Origin: a virus
Strand: one strand, 5' to 3'
DNA: 64,000 nucleotides
IMG/VR virus record: IMGVR_UViG_3300027741_000048
Location: 15,265 to 79,264 of that record
Shown piece by piece: positions 10,597 through 21,160 of the stretch (position 1 is the stretch's first letter; each line of letters opens with the position of its first letter). Under the pieces are notes generated by a model. That model was not told the DNA's origin. It worked only from the letters and a program-made list of their open reading frames with translations, and made no database searches. The position numbers and the translations under genes are program-made.

Positions 10597-11829
10597 TTAT
10601 TTACCGGCCTTGTTATTATTCTGTGAAGCAGGTCCTTTATCGCACTTTGTAAATTCGTCATTAATAGCTTGCCAAATTTGATTAGGGTCAGGTACAAGGC
10701 TTTTGAGCTCGTCTTCAATATTGTGAAGTGCATTAATAATATTTGACGTAACGTCTTCATATTCTTTTTTAATATATTTCTCTATATCGTCTAATTTTGG
10801 AAATTTAATCTGTGTTAATTGTTTAAACGATGGTAGCTTAATACTAGGTGGTACGAAGTTACAAATAATGGCTTTGACTTGCTTCTCTAGAGATATCAAT
10901 CCCGTTAAGCTTGTAGGTGGGCCGTTATGATATATATCTGTAGCAAGGCTAAAAATATTTGACAACGATCCGAGATTAAATTCACCACCTTGTAGAGAGG
11001 GTAAACTACCTTGTATATTAAGTACCTTAGCGGCTTGACCGATAAGGCCTTCGACTGATCCTATTGGGTTTTGTAATAGATTAGTTAAATTTGATGTTCC
11101 AGGTATTTGACCGAGAGCGTTTTGTGCAAATTTAAGTCCAGGTATTTTTGCGACTGTTTGTGTTATTTGTGTTGTTGGTATTACTTGATTCGCTAATCCT
11201 GTAATTGTTGTGCCTACGTTTATTTGTCCGTTATTATTGAATAGATTACTAAATGTCTGTACACCGCCTGAGGTAACAGTCTTTGTAAATTGTGAAAAAC
11301 GAGTACCGAGACTATTTGCTGCTGCTGATGTACCAGATGAAAATTGTAAACCAGCGGAGTTTTGTGTCGCAGAGCCAGGTACTGATGATGGTAATCCAAT
11401 ACCGTTTTCAAGTTGTTTGAGTATATTGTTGCTTGCGTCGAAATTACGTGCATTACCTACTTGATTTATTTGTATGCTAATAGCGGAAAGTGAAGAAATT
11501 GCTCTGTATGCTGTAGACGTGTTAGTATTAATTTTCTTTCCCAATAAATCTACCATTATCCAAGTACCTTCCACGTTAATTTGATAATTTAAAGGAGCAA
11601 TAAATTGTCTGTTACTATATTGGCCTTGCGTTTTTTGCTGTAATGCTGCGATACCAGCGGTTTGTGCTTGTGTAGCTGCATTGAGCGCTTGTTGCTGTGG
11701 TGAAGCAGCTAAAGTTTGCGCTGCTGGCGCTAGCTGTTTATATGGATTTGGAGATAACCCTGGTTTACCAAGAACATTATCAGCGTTTTCAAGATATGTT
11801 AAATTAGATGAAAAGACGTTAGTAGCCAT
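10597..11829 (-). CDS. Hypothetical tail/baseplate protein
   Basis: Q/N/G/S-rich ORF co-oriented in the baseplate hub operon. Confidence 0.5.
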   Translation of the reverse strand: MATNVFSSNLTYLENADNVLGKPGLSPNPYKQLAPAAQTLAASPQQQALNAATQAQTAGIAALQQKTQGQYSNRQFIAPLNYQINVEGTWIMVDLLGKKINTNTSTAYRAISSLSAISIQINQVGNARNFDASNNILKQLENGIGLPSSVPGSATQNSAGLQFSSGTSAAANSLGTRFSQFTKTVTSGGVQTFSNLFNNNGQINVGTTITGLANQVIPTTQITQTVAKIPGLKFAQNALGQIPGTSNLTNLLQNPIGSVEGLIGQAAKVLNIQGSLPSLQGGEFNLGSLSNIFSLATDIYHNGPPTSLTGLISLEKQVKAIICNFVPPSIKLPSFKQLTQIKFPKLDDIEKYIKKEYEDVTSNIINALHNIEDELKSLVPDPNQIWQAINDEFTKCDKGPASQNNNKAGK

Positions 11830-11834
11830 ATAGA

Positions 11835-13493
11835 TTATGCTTTAGGTGGTATAGCAGGAGTAAAGCTTCCTTGTATCGCTATTGCATTATTACTGCGAGC
11901 TTGATAGTTTGCTGTTGCAGCTGTGGGTTTGAGATAACTTTTTGCAAAACCCACGGCTGCAGTACTCACGTCAGGTGCATTAATCATACCAGAATAACCA
12001 CCTCTTTTATAGAAGGCCGGTTCTCTAAAGAGCGCTTCTATCTGTGTTTGCGCGGATACATTATTAGGCGATTCTCCTTTACTTACAGCATACGCTCTCA
12101 TGCGCTGTAAGATATCTTGATTCTCACCGAGTAACCCATATCCTATACCTTGATCGTGTGATAAGTTTGTTCTAAATGATGATTCTTGAGCTATATTACC
12201 GCAAATAGCAGATGCGACCTGTCTTGCTTGAGCATCTGTTGCTCCTTGTTTTAGAGCTTCGTTGTATGCGGTATTATATGCTATAATTGCGTTTTGCGCA
12301 TCTACTTTACTACTTAACCCTAATTGTTTTTTAACGAGCTCGGGATCTGCATCTGCTCCGAGATAAACTGATGTAGGTGGTGCACTGTTTGCTGTAGTGG
12401 TATATGTGGTTTCACCTGTTGTAGGATCGTATATAGCAGCACTTAATATACCACCTTGTTGTGATTGTAGATACGCAGTATGTTCTAGTGCGTATGCTGC
12501 TTGTGCGTCAGCTGCTTCTTGCGCTGCAATTTCCTGAGAAGCAGCTGCACTCTCTTCTGATGTTACAATAGTGAAATCCTTATCACTTGGTTGAATAGGA
12601 AAGATATCTCGAAGATTTAAAGCTGTCTGGTTACCGATATTACTCAAATACTGTATAAATCCGAATAGCTTTGCTTGCTTAAAAACGCCTGCAAGAGTAC
12701 TCTTAAATGCGTCTAATTGTTTGTTTATATTTACAAACGTGGGTAAGTCGTTAATTAAATTTAATCCGTGTGATGTTGTTGCATCTGCTGCCATATTTTG
12801 CTGTAGAATAGGTGTAGTATATGCTATACCCATTAGATTACGTCTCATGACAACAGTGTTTTTTCTACTTAAATTATAAGCCAGGTTTCTTGCTGTAGCG
12901 CTGAGTTTATTGTCTATGGATGCAGAGTACGGTACCGGTACACCGTAATAATCTTGATTAATATCAAAAATAGGTAGTGTGGTATCGAGTTGTATATATT
13001 TTGAATTTACTATTGTACCTATGGTATCGCTTATGTTGTCGAAATACCCTTCTTGTTGATTGAAGGTACTGTTATTGAAGGCGTTTTGCGAAAAAAGAGA
13101 TGCACCAGGTAATTGGTTTGTTAAAAGATTTTGACTATAGTATTCTGTTTTTGATTTATATGAAGTAATTTCTTTATTACTATAAGATAGTTTTTGATAC
13201 CAGTAGAGAATACTTTCTAAAGGAAAGTCTGCCTGTCTGAAGTAGGTGTTTACCGCATTATTGTAGAAACCGCAAAGGGCAGTAATTACATCGCTTTGTT
13301 TAAAAGCGTTTCTGTAATCTATAGCAGCTTGTATTTCACCATCTGAAACAACTTCGGAAGGAAATATTTGACGTAAAGTTGTATAATCGGAAAGAGATTT
13401 TAAATCATTTGTTACATCGGTATCAACGAGATTAGGCGCTACGGTTAACTCATTATCGTTTGGTAAGCGTTGTGCGTATGTTGAAGTGCTCAT
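11835..13493 (-). CDS. Virion protein with C-terminal phage tail lysozyme-like domain
   Basis: AICGNIAQESS...GIGYGL motif of tail-associated lysozymes. Confidence 0.65.
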   Translation of the reverse strand: MSTSTYAQRLPNDNELTVAPNLVDTDVTNDLKSLSDYTTLRQIFPSEVVSDGEIQAAIDYRNAFKQSDVITALCGFYNNAVNTYFRQADFPLESILYWYQKLSYSNKEITSYKSKTEYYSQNLLTNQLPGASLFSQNAFNNSTFNQQEGYFDNISDTIGTIVNSKYIQLDTTLPIFDINQDYYGVPVPYSASIDNKLSATARNLAYNLSRKNTVVMRRNLMGIAYTTPILQQNMAADATTSHGLNLINDLPTFVNINKQLDAFKSTLAGVFKQAKLFGFIQYLSNIGNQTALNLRDIFPIQPSDKDFTIVTSEESAAASQEIAAQEAADAQAAYALEHTAYLQSQQGGILSAAIYDPTTGETTYTTTANSAPPTSVYLGADADPELVKKQLGLSSKVDAQNAIIAYNTAYNEALKQGATDAQARQVASAICGNIAQESSFRTNLSHDQGIGYGLLGENQDILQRMRAYAVSKGESPNNVSAQTQIEALFREPAFYKRGGYSGMINAPDVSTAAVGFAKSYLKPTAATANYQARSNNAIAIQGSFTPAIPPKA

Positions 13494-13494
13494 A

Positions 13495-15201
13495 TTAGTA
13501 TCCCTTTGATATTAAGCCAGCTAAGCTTCCATCAGCGACAGAATTATCAAAAGTGTTATCATATTGATGGAAATTGTACGTCTTTACGCAGTGTATATCA
13601 TTATAATATTCGTTACCTTTAAAGATATGATTAACGCCGATAATAAAATATACACCTAATAATTTATTGTCAAATTTACTTATTGGTACGGCCCCGTCTC
13701 TGTCAATACCAATAAATCTACCGGCTTGACGGTGAGTTGATCCAGGTAATCGGAATGACATCAAATTATTAGTAAAGACACTTGCATATAAAAATTTATT
13801 TTTTCCAAATGCTAATCTTTGATCGGGATTTTGTTGTACGGTAGAAAAGACGTGTTTTATATTTTTATTTAAATACCGATACTGACCGGGTGCGAAGTTA
13901 GGATATGCAGGTTTACTGTTTGTACTCGGCATAGTATTGACGTAATTGCTTTGATAAGTCTTCATAGCTTCCACTACACCGTTTCGTATAACATCGATAT
14001 TAAACTGTTTGTTCTGATTATCATAGCTATGTACCATATACGGTACTAATTTGTTCTGTGATATCGCGCCTGCCATATTATCATAAGAATAACTCTTAAT
14101 AGTACCAATTCGATCAAAATAGAGTTCACCGGCTGGTGTAAAATAAGACGCGTTCTCTGAATGTGCGTCTTGGTTAGTAAAGCCACCAAGCTTAACTGTT
14201 TCAAGATATAAATCCCCCCCAACCCCGCTACTATATGCTTGTCTAAAGTATTGAGTAATACTCTTAAGAGAAAACTGTCTCGGGTATCTCTCTAAGCGTA
14301 AAATACAATAGTCGTAATTACTCGCAACATTTGATACATGTCGTGATAAAATATAATTTACACAGTCAATCGCTTTGTAATTTGCAGGTGTGGAAAAAAA
14401 TAGTTTCGAACCGCCGATATCCCAATTAACGTTACCGTTATCCTGTTCTTGTTGTGTGAGTGTATTAACATCTTCTACACCAGGTACTGATGTACCTATA
14501 TCAGCGGTATAACCGTCGTTAGTTGGAAACGTTGCTTTGATAAATTCTCTTAATATAATACCTGTATTAATACCTGCTTCAATAGTTTTTGGATCTTGAC
14601 CGCTTGCTGTAGTTGTAAGACTAGTAGCATTACCTGTAGTTGTGTCTTGTATAGTTGCTGTTGTAAACTGTACGTTTTTTTCTAACATTAACTGATAATA
14701 AATATCCCAGAAATATAATTTTTTAAATTTCTTATCCGGCTGATCACCTGGTATCTCCTCACTGTTATAGACAACAAAGTCATAAGTCATTCTAAATAGC
14801 TTCTGTCCATCTTCCGGGCCCATACTAGAGGCATTTGTCTGATCGAATTGAGGCATAATTTCTATTCGAAGTATATCCCTGGATTCTCCTTGAAAGAGAA
14901 AGCCGGCGCTCTGATCTTGCGCATTCGTTGCATTATTATAGTCGTAATATGATGGATTTGTAGGTGCTACTAGGTCAGGCGTGTCTCGCTCAAGAATATC
15001 AAAAGAATTATCTACAACAATAAACCCCTTATGGTAAAAATCACTTAGCATATCTTCTATTTGAAGAGCCTTTATTGCAGATGGCTTTATATCCTGTGAC
15101 ACCGATTGATCACCAGCAGCTGCTATAACCGTTATCTTAAAAATATAATGGTTATTATTAATTAGATGCGTATACCCATCTGTTGGTGTAATTGTATCCA
15201 T
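13495..15201 (-). CDS. Baseplate hub protein (gp27-like)
   Basis: C-terminal LPGSTHRQAGRFI...LLGVYFIIGVNHIF; position between gp53-like and lysozyme genes. Confidence 0.55.
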   Translation of the reverse strand: MDTITPTDGYTHLINNNHYIFKITVIAAAGDQSVSQDIKPSAIKALQIEDMLSDFYHKGFIVVDNSFDILERDTPDLVAPTNPSYYDYNNATNAQDQSAGFLFQGESRDILRIEIMPQFDQTNASSMGPEDGQKLFRMTYDFVVYNSEEIPGDQPDKKFKKLYFWDIYYQLMLEKNVQFTTATIQDTTTGNATSLTTTASGQDPKTIEAGINTGIILREFIKATFPTNDGYTADIGTSVPGVEDVNTLTQQEQDNGNVNWDIGGSKLFFSTPANYKAIDCVNYILSRHVSNVASNYDYCILRLERYPRQFSLKSITQYFRQAYSSGVGGDLYLETVKLGGFTNQDAHSENASYFTPAGELYFDRIGTIKSYSYDNMAGAISQNKLVPYMVHSYDNQNKQFNIDVIRNGVVEAMKTYQSNYVNTMPSTNSKPAYPNFAPGQYRYLNKNIKHVFSTVQQNPDQRLAFGKNKFLYASVFTNNLMSFRLPGSTHRQAGRFIGIDRDGAVPISKFDNKLLGVYFIIGVNHIFKGNEYYNDIHCVKTYNFHQYDNTFDNSVADGSLAGLISKGY

Positions 15202-15202
15202 T

Positions 15203-15568
15203 TTATTTTAGGGAGTCGTTAATCTCTTTTAAAATTTGTGGTAGAAATTGAGGTTTAATAATCTTAATAACAGTACCGCTTTTCGGTATCTTAAACGGGT
15301 TGTATACCTTATTTGTCAATAATATCAACCACCATAACTCAATCGTCTTATATGCATTAAAGCTAACCATTGTCCAAGGTTGACTGCTTTTAATTGTCAT
15401 ATAAAAAATAGCGCGTGGATCAATCTGATCAGGTAGATAAATGGATTGAATTAAATTATAAAAATACTGGCTATCTGCTGTAGTGTATAATTTAAAGATC
15501 TTTTCATACCGGTTTGTATTTAAATTCGGTAGCGCTTTAATATTGTTTTGATACTTACCTAGATCCAT
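15203..15568 (-). CDS. Baseplate wedge protein (gp53-like, LysM-like)
   Basis: VSFNAYKTIELWWLILLTN..NPF..GTVIKI motif; likely start MDLGKY at 15568 after TAAATA. Confidence 0.7.
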   Translation of the reverse strand: MDLGKYQNNIKALPNLNTNRYEKIFKLYTTADSQYFYNLIQSIYLPDQIDPRAIFYMTIKSSQPWTMVSFNAYKTIELWWLILLTNKVYNPFKIPKSGTVIKIIKPQFLPQILKEINDSLK

Positions 15569-15606
15569 GTATATATTTAACATGGATATATTGTTTTTAA
15601 ACGGTA

Positions 15607-16803
15607 TTAGCCTCCGCCAAGAGTACCAGCTTCAACGACATTATGGTTAGTTATAAGGTGTTGCATGAAGTTTTTACTATTAGCAGTCATACTTTTTAAT
15701 GAAATGCGCACTTTATAAGCATCTGGTATAATTGCTGTAATCTGTGATATATAAGCTGTTGTGCTAAGGTATTCACCGATTAAATCGCCAGCAAATTCTG
15801 AAAATGTATTACTTGATGGCACTTTTATAATCATCTCGCGACGCGATCCTACAAAATCGACCGTCAAGCCTGTTACATAGCAGAATGGGAAGAACTTAAC
15901 ACCCGGTACTTCAACTTGATAGATAACCGGTTGATCGACTGTATTGTTACTTGTCTTACCAGGACGATTTTGATATAATAATAAGAAAAGAAGTTGCCAG
16001 TTTCTTACAACGTCATCATATGTTACAGATCCCGTATTAATAAGTGGGAATTCAATATTAATATCCTCACCTTCAGACGGGTAATTATAGAATTTAGTTT
16101 TTTCTATATATGTAATTTGTGATGGATTATTAATTGATGCAGCTACTTCTGCGAATTCTGTAATATAACCTGCGGCTTGACCAAGAAGACCTTGTACACC
16201 ACCGAGATTAGCAGCATCAGAAAACGCATTTGCTTGTTGTGCGTGATTATTATCGAAATAAGGTAGCTTATAAACCCACCCTGTTGGATCCGTTAAATAT
16301 AAATTTTGATAAGGTTGTAGCCAATAACTTGATGTTACGGTAGGGTTGTTATCATCACCGTAACCGGAAATATTTCCAGCGATATTGTTTATTGTCTGCA
16401 CACCTAATTGCGCGAGGTTACCGGCACCTTGGATGAATCCTTTAATGGTTGGGTTAGTTGTATATGACTCTAAATTACTGACCGTTTGATCTATTCCATT
16501 GGATGCCTGACCGAGGGAATATTTTAATTGGCTTATAAGAGCGTTTGTTCTGAGTTTTCTTTCGGTTAATAAAATATATGGTACTTCTTGTCTATTAAGA
16601 TTTGAGTACGTCCAATAAAAACTATTAACAACATCAACTAAATTTGATGTCTTTAGGGTATTTACCGTTGCATTGTTTGCGCCTATGCTTGCAGGTACAA
16701 TTGTCGGTAATGTAACGGTGTTAGCGTTTGTTAAATCATTAAGACTTATAGAGCTAGTAATGCTCGCTGGTGTATCGGTAAATGTCCATAAATAATTGGC
16801 CAT
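15607..16803 (-). CDS. Baseplate/tail-tube cap-like protein (gp48/gp54-like)
   Basis: FPLINT...QPVIYQVEVPG..F.PFCYVTGLTVDF pattern; position after tape measure. Confidence 0.4.
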   Translation of the reverse strand: MANYLWTFTDTPASITSSISLNDLTNANTVTLPTIVPASIGANNATVNTLKTSNLVDVVNSFYWTYSNLNRQEVPYILLTERKLRTNALISQLKYSLGQASNGIDQTVSNLESYTTNPTIKGFIQGAGNLAQLGVQTINNIAGNISGYGDDNNPTVTSSYWLQPYQNLYLTDPTGWVYKLPYFDNNHAQQANAFSDAANLGGVQGLLGQAAGYITEFAEVAASINNPSQITYIEKTKFYNYPSEGEDINIEFPLINTGSVTYDDVVRNWQLLFLLLYQNRPGKTSNNTVDQPVIYQVEVPGVKFFPFCYVTGLTVDFVGSRREMIIKVPSSNTFSEFAGDLIGEYLSTTAYISQITAIIPDAYKVRISLKSMTANSKNFMQHLITNHNVVEAGTLGGG

Positions 16804-16820
16804 AATATTATTTAATTACA

Positions 16821-19442
16821 TTACGCTAGTACCGATTGTCTAAACATAGTACTGGTCATAGGTGTGGTGTTAAAGTTTGTTGGGCTATTGACCGTACTGA
16901 CATTAACAGTACTATTACTTTCAAGATTTTGTATGACGTCTATTAACTGCTTTGTATATTTTGCGGTTTGTTTTTGATACTCAAGCATGCTTTTCAAGAA
17001 GTTTGTATGCTGTTTGAGAGCTGTATGCATTCCGTCTAAATTATCACTATCTTGCTCACCCGTGTCATCGTCCTGTTGCTTTGTTGAGTAATCATTTTGC
17101 GTATTCGGTGTAACGCGTGCTACCCATAAAGGGCGTGTTGTTGAAGCTTCATCATCATCTTCAATAGCATGTGTAAAGTTTGTTGGTGGTTGAGATGCTG
17201 CTGGTAACACCGCGGGCGATGGTTGCGCCGATGCATTAGCTGTTGAATTCTGCTGCTGCGGTGCAACAGGGACCTGTACAGGTGTATTAGAGGGTAGAGT
17301 TTGTGGCGGCGGTGTAGCTGTTGACTGAGTGACAGAAATGCCTAACAGCTTTGCTACTTGTGATTTTAAACTCCATGGTCCGACCTTAATGTCAGGTACC
17401 ATATCGAGCACAGCACGGAACAAGCTATCTTTCATGTTATCGAAAAAGCTTGTTATACCTGACGTTACATCAACCGTAGCTGCTTTTGCACCGTTAGCAA
17501 TGAGACCACCTATATATTGTAATGGTGTTATAGCTTCACCGAGAAAGCCGAGCACATCGCCCCACTTACCATCCGCAATAGCTTCACCTGCTTTAATTAT
17601 AGGACCTATAATAGGTATCATCTTTGCTTTATCATACAGCCAAGATGCTACGTTACTAATAATATCTCCTGCAGCTACAGCTGCTGAAGCTACAACAGGG
17701 CTAGCTTTTTCATAAAGCCAACTCAAACCTTGCCCGAGAGGCTCAATTGCATCTCCAAGATTAGATAACGCTGCATCCCAATTACCATTAAACAACGATT
17801 CACCCGCTTTAATTAACGGGCCAATAATAGGCACAAGTTTAGCTTTTTCATAAAGCCATTTTCCGACACCGAGAGTAAAATTACCTATGGCAGTTGCTGT
17901 AGACATAGCGCCTTCCGTTATAGTTTCACGGTTATCTACAAGCCAATTAACAACTGACTTAAGACCCGACTTTGTATATACGTTGCCGAGGTAACCAAGA
18001 ACTTTATCCCATTTACCTTCGCCAATCGCGCTACCCATTTTAATCAATGAACCAATAACAGGCATATCTTTTACTTTATCATATATCCAGTTACCTATAT
18101 CCTTTATTATGGATAGCTTCTTTGCAGATCTTTCCTTGCCTGTTCCTTCACCAGCCTTAAAATCTAAAAATGCATTAAACGCATCCAAGCCAATTGACAA
18201 TACTGTGCCGAGTCCTGGTACAACAAAATCAATTAAATTAACCATTGCTGAAAGTGTATCAATAATACCACCAACTGTATCTCCTGAAGTAAAGCGTGAC
18301 CACGCAAACGAGAGGCTCAGAATTGTACCAATAATAGGTATGTGCTTGAGAACGTTCTTGCCAAAAAATTTAGAAAGCATTTTAAGAGCAATAGAAAAAC
18401 CACCTTTTGCAAATATTTTCTCCAATCCTTTGAGCGGACCTGATTCGAATAAACCACCAATAAACGATACCAAACCACCGATAAGAGCTCCTGCCCCTAA
18501 TAATAAAGGCATTAGCTTTTTCCACCATGGTTCGTCTTTTTTTTCTTCCTTTTTATTTAAACTGTTTGATAAAATTTTTTCTAAATTATCGTTGGTAGCT
18601 TCATTTCCTTCAATTAAACGCTTTACATTATCACCAAATAAATTTTCTAAGAAAACTCTTGTTTCGCTTGGAAAGAGAACATTAATTTCTTCATGATGAT
18701 ACGGTGATGTATTTGTAGCTTCAGCTTTTTTAGATGTTGTTTTTAGTTGCTCTTTTGTATCGTCGTTTTTATTGAATAATCTTGTTACTGGTGCTAGTAA
18801 ATTACTAATTAAAGATTTATTATTTTCTTCTACCGGCTTAACATCCTTTTTTATTTGTTTGTCTGTTTCTGTATTAGTTTTTCCGCTAATTTTTTCTATT
18901 CTTTTTTCGTCATATTCTCTTGCTGATCTTTCTTTAGATGTTTGAGATTTATTGTTTATTGCTGCAGCAACATCAGAAAGCGTACCTTCAAAGAATTTCT
19001 TTGTTTCAGGTGATAGTGTAATACCTGTATGTTCTTTTGCTTTATTAGTTGCGTCAACAACTCGCACAGGTAAAACTTTTAAGCTGCTTGGAATATTAGC
19101 TAAAGACGATGAAACTAATTTAATTTCCTGTAAGCCATTATTAGATTTATCTTCTTTTTTTATTTGCGTTGTTTCGCTTTTAGAGGGTGCTGTGGCGTTC
19201 TTGCTATCGCTTTTTTTAAAAAAAGATTTAAGTTCAGAAAATTTTTGATTAGTGTCATTATGACGCTCTGTTAAAGCATCAATTTTTTGGCCGATAAAGC
19301 TTTGTAGCTTATCAAGTGACTGCTTTTGTGTAGACAATAGTCTTTCAAGACCCTTTTCAAACGCTTGAAAGGTATCGTCTTTGTGTATCCCGAGAGAATC
19401 GGATACAGCGGCTTGAAACTGTTCAAATGTGATACCATCCAT
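16821..19442 (-). CDS. Probable tape measure protein
   Basis: 873 aa, coiled-coil plus hydrophobic Gly-rich helices with periodic Trp repeats; follows gp26-like chaperones. Confidence 0.6.
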   Translation of the reverse strand: MDGITFEQFQAAVSDSLGIHKDDTFQAFEKGLERLLSTQKQSLDKLQSFIGQKIDALTERHNDTNQKFSELKSFFKKSDSKNATAPSKSETTQIKKEDKSNNGLQEIKLVSSSLANIPSSLKVLPVRVVDATNKAKEHTGITLSPETKKFFEGTLSDVAAAINNKSQTSKERSAREYDEKRIEKISGKTNTETDKQIKKDVKPVEENNKSLISNLLAPVTRLFNKNDDTKEQLKTTSKKAEATNTSPYHHEEINVLFPSETRVFLENLFGDNVKRLIEGNEATNDNLEKILSNSLNKKEEKKDEPWWKKLMPLLLGAGALIGGLVSFIGGLFESGPLKGLEKIFAKGGFSIALKMLSKFFGKNVLKHIPIIGTILSLSFAWSRFTSGDTVGGIIDTLSAMVNLIDFVVPGLGTVLSIGLDAFNAFLDFKAGEGTGKERSAKKLSIIKDIGNWIYDKVKDMPVIGSLIKMGSAIGEGKWDKVLGYLGNVYTKSGLKSVVNWLVDNRETITEGAMSTATAIGNFTLGVGKWLYEKAKLVPIIGPLIKAGESLFNGNWDAALSNLGDAIEPLGQGLSWLYEKASPVVASAAVAAGDIISNVASWLYDKAKMIPIIGPIIKAGEAIADGKWGDVLGFLGEAITPLQYIGGLIANGAKAATVDVTSGITSFFDNMKDSLFRAVLDMVPDIKVGPWSLKSQVAKLLGISVTQSTATPPPQTLPSNTPVQVPVAPQQQNSTANASAQPSPAVLPAASQPPTNFTHAIEDDDEASTTRPLWVARVTPNTQNDYSTKQQDDDTGEQDSDNLDGMHTALKQHTNFLKSMLEYQKQTAKYTKQLIDVIQNLESNSTVNVSTVNSPTNFNTTPMTSTMFRQSVLA
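17540..18090 (-). repeat. Three protein-level repeats W(L/I)Y(D/E)K.K..P.IG..IK.G.....G.W...L..LG
   Basis: Visible in the translation of 16821..19442; boundaries approximate. Confidence 0.7.
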
Positions 19443-19475
19443 CTAGTATATTTATCTAGAAAGATGAGAGATAGC

Positions 19476-20237
19476 CTATACGCTAAAAAAGCTACCGTCG
19501 ATCTCAACACTCGAATCATCAAGCGTTGTAAATTTATTTTCCAGGTCTCTATAAGTTTTAATAAACTCAAGAACTTTATTAGTTAATGTTGAGGGAAACT
19601 TTTCTACAATGGCTATTCTATCGTCAATTTTTAGCTCCGAAAATACTGACGTATGTTCTGTATCTTCTACTGTTACTGTAACGGATTGAATAAATTTTAT
19701 TATTTCGTGTATAAAAAGCTCTCCAACAAGGCCTTTAATGTCACGTTCTTGTGTAGTTTTTAGCTTATTAATTGTTGCTATACTTGTGTCACGATCTACA
19801 CCAAGCTGTGCTGCTTTTAGTTCAACACGAAGACTATCTACTGTAATAGTTGTAAATAGGCTTTCTTCTTGTATTGTAATATTTGGAATGGAATTAATAA
19901 GATCGATGAGATTGATCTCTACGTCTTTTGTTTTATAAATTTCGTTAAGACCATGTGCACGTAGTGTCAGAGCAATAACATTACGATCAAATGTGTACAG
20001 TGAATTGATGTCAACGTTTTCGAGATTATTTTCTTCAATAATTTTGTAAAACGCAGTAATAAAGGCTAATTTAGTAAGCGTTTCATCAACAGATGATTTT
20101 AAGAGTTCCTTTTGCTGCTTAAGGTTTAAGGTCTTAAATTTTGCTATTTTCTTAAGAGAAGGTATGTATACACTGATGCCTGTTGATTTATTAATCGCAT
20201 CTAGCTGTTTTAAAACGTCGTTTACGTTGTTGCTCAT
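19476..20237 (-). CDS. Baseplate hub assembly protein (gp26-like)
   Basis: VYIPSLKK..KFKTLNLKQQKELL, DRNVIALTLRA motifs. Confidence 0.6.
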   Translation of the reverse strand: MSNNVNDVLKQLDAINKSTGISVYIPSLKKIAKFKTLNLKQQKELLKSSVDETLTKLAFITAFYKIIEENNLENVDINSLYTFDRNVIALTLRAHGLNEIYKTKDVEINLIDLINSIPNITIQEESLFTTITVDSLRVELKAAQLGVDRDTSIATINKLKTTQERDIKGLVGELFIHEIIKFIQSVTVTVEDTEHTSVFSELKIDDRIAIVEKFPSTLTNKVLEFIKTYRDLENKFTTLDDSSVEIDGSFFSV

Positions 20238-20249
20238 ATAGATATATAA

Positions 20250-21128
20250 TCAGGGATGGCCAAGATTCAATGGTTGCTGTGCGTTTTGCGCGTTTTTCTC
20301 TTCTTTCTTTTCGTCTCTATATAGGTTAATGTATGTAAGTAACTCCGCTGGTGTTGAATATTTTACTAAGCTATAGCTCATATTTAGTTTATGAATTAAT
20401 GAGTATTCAAGCTCGTACACTGATAATAGATCTCGCTTAAAACATAACTTTAAAAATTCTATAGTTGAACCAGTGAAGATATTAAGAGGTATTTTTATTA
20501 TCGGTTTTTGACTGCCGAATGGAGAGCGTATATCGAGGATATATATATCTTCTAATTGCTTATTAAAATCAAGTAAGTAGTTATTAATGTCGTTTAGTAC
20601 ATTAATAGGTAATTGATCTATAATTTGATTTGTGCAAACAATCTCTTTATTGCGAATGTGTATGCGCTTAATTAATGTCTTAAGTAAATCATCCTCAGTT
20701 GGCGTTATTAGTGTATTGGGCATACCAAGAGTTATAGAGAGCCCGTTGTCGTAAGTTTTTACATACTTAAAGATATCATCTTTTAAGTTGAGTGTCTGTA
20801 ATTTATCAATAATATCAGAGATACTAGCAGTATATTTGAAGGTACTTTTTGTCTCCGGACATGTAACAGTTAGTTCAAGATCAGGTGCGATGCAAACTGC
20901 ACGAATTGTTAATAATAATATAATTTTATCTAAAAACGAATACGCAATTGTATTAAATTTATTGCTACAAAGAGAATTTAGTATGTTATTAAAGAAATTA
21001 GCGATAATTTGATTGTTATCATTTGTAATACACTTCACTAAATGTTTATATACGTGAAAATGTAGCTCTTTAATCTCTTCTACACGATTTTCACTAGGTA
21101 GACTTACCGTATACGTAAATTGTGACAC
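20250..21128 (-). CDS. Second gp26/gp51-like baseplate assembly protein
   Basis: VSLPSE...LDKIILLLTIRAVCI...VTCP; C-terminal YELEYSLIHKLNMSY resembles gp51. Confidence 0.5.
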   Translation of the reverse strand: MSQFTYTVSLPSENRVEEIKELHFHVYKHLVKCITNDNNQIIANFFNNILNSLCSNKFNTIAYSFLDKIILLLTIRAVCIAPDLELTVTCPETKSTFKYTASISDIIDKLQTLNLKDDIFKYVKTYDNGLSITLGMPNTLITPTEDDLLKTLIKRIHIRNKEIVCTNQIIDQLPINVLNDINNYLLDFNKQLEDIYILDIRSPFGSQKPIIKIPLNIFTGSTIEFLKLCFKRDLLSVYELEYSLIHKLNMSYSLVKYSTPAELLTYINLYRDEKKEEKNAQNAQQPLNLGHP

Positions 21129-21160
21129 AGATTATTTAGAATTTACTATATATAAATCAA

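Noticed and set aside
17329-19248. Long plus-strand ORFs antisense to the tape measure (and similar shadow ORFs elsewhere)
   Set aside because: Fully antisense to well-supported genes, no promoter or motif; typical codon-bias shadows
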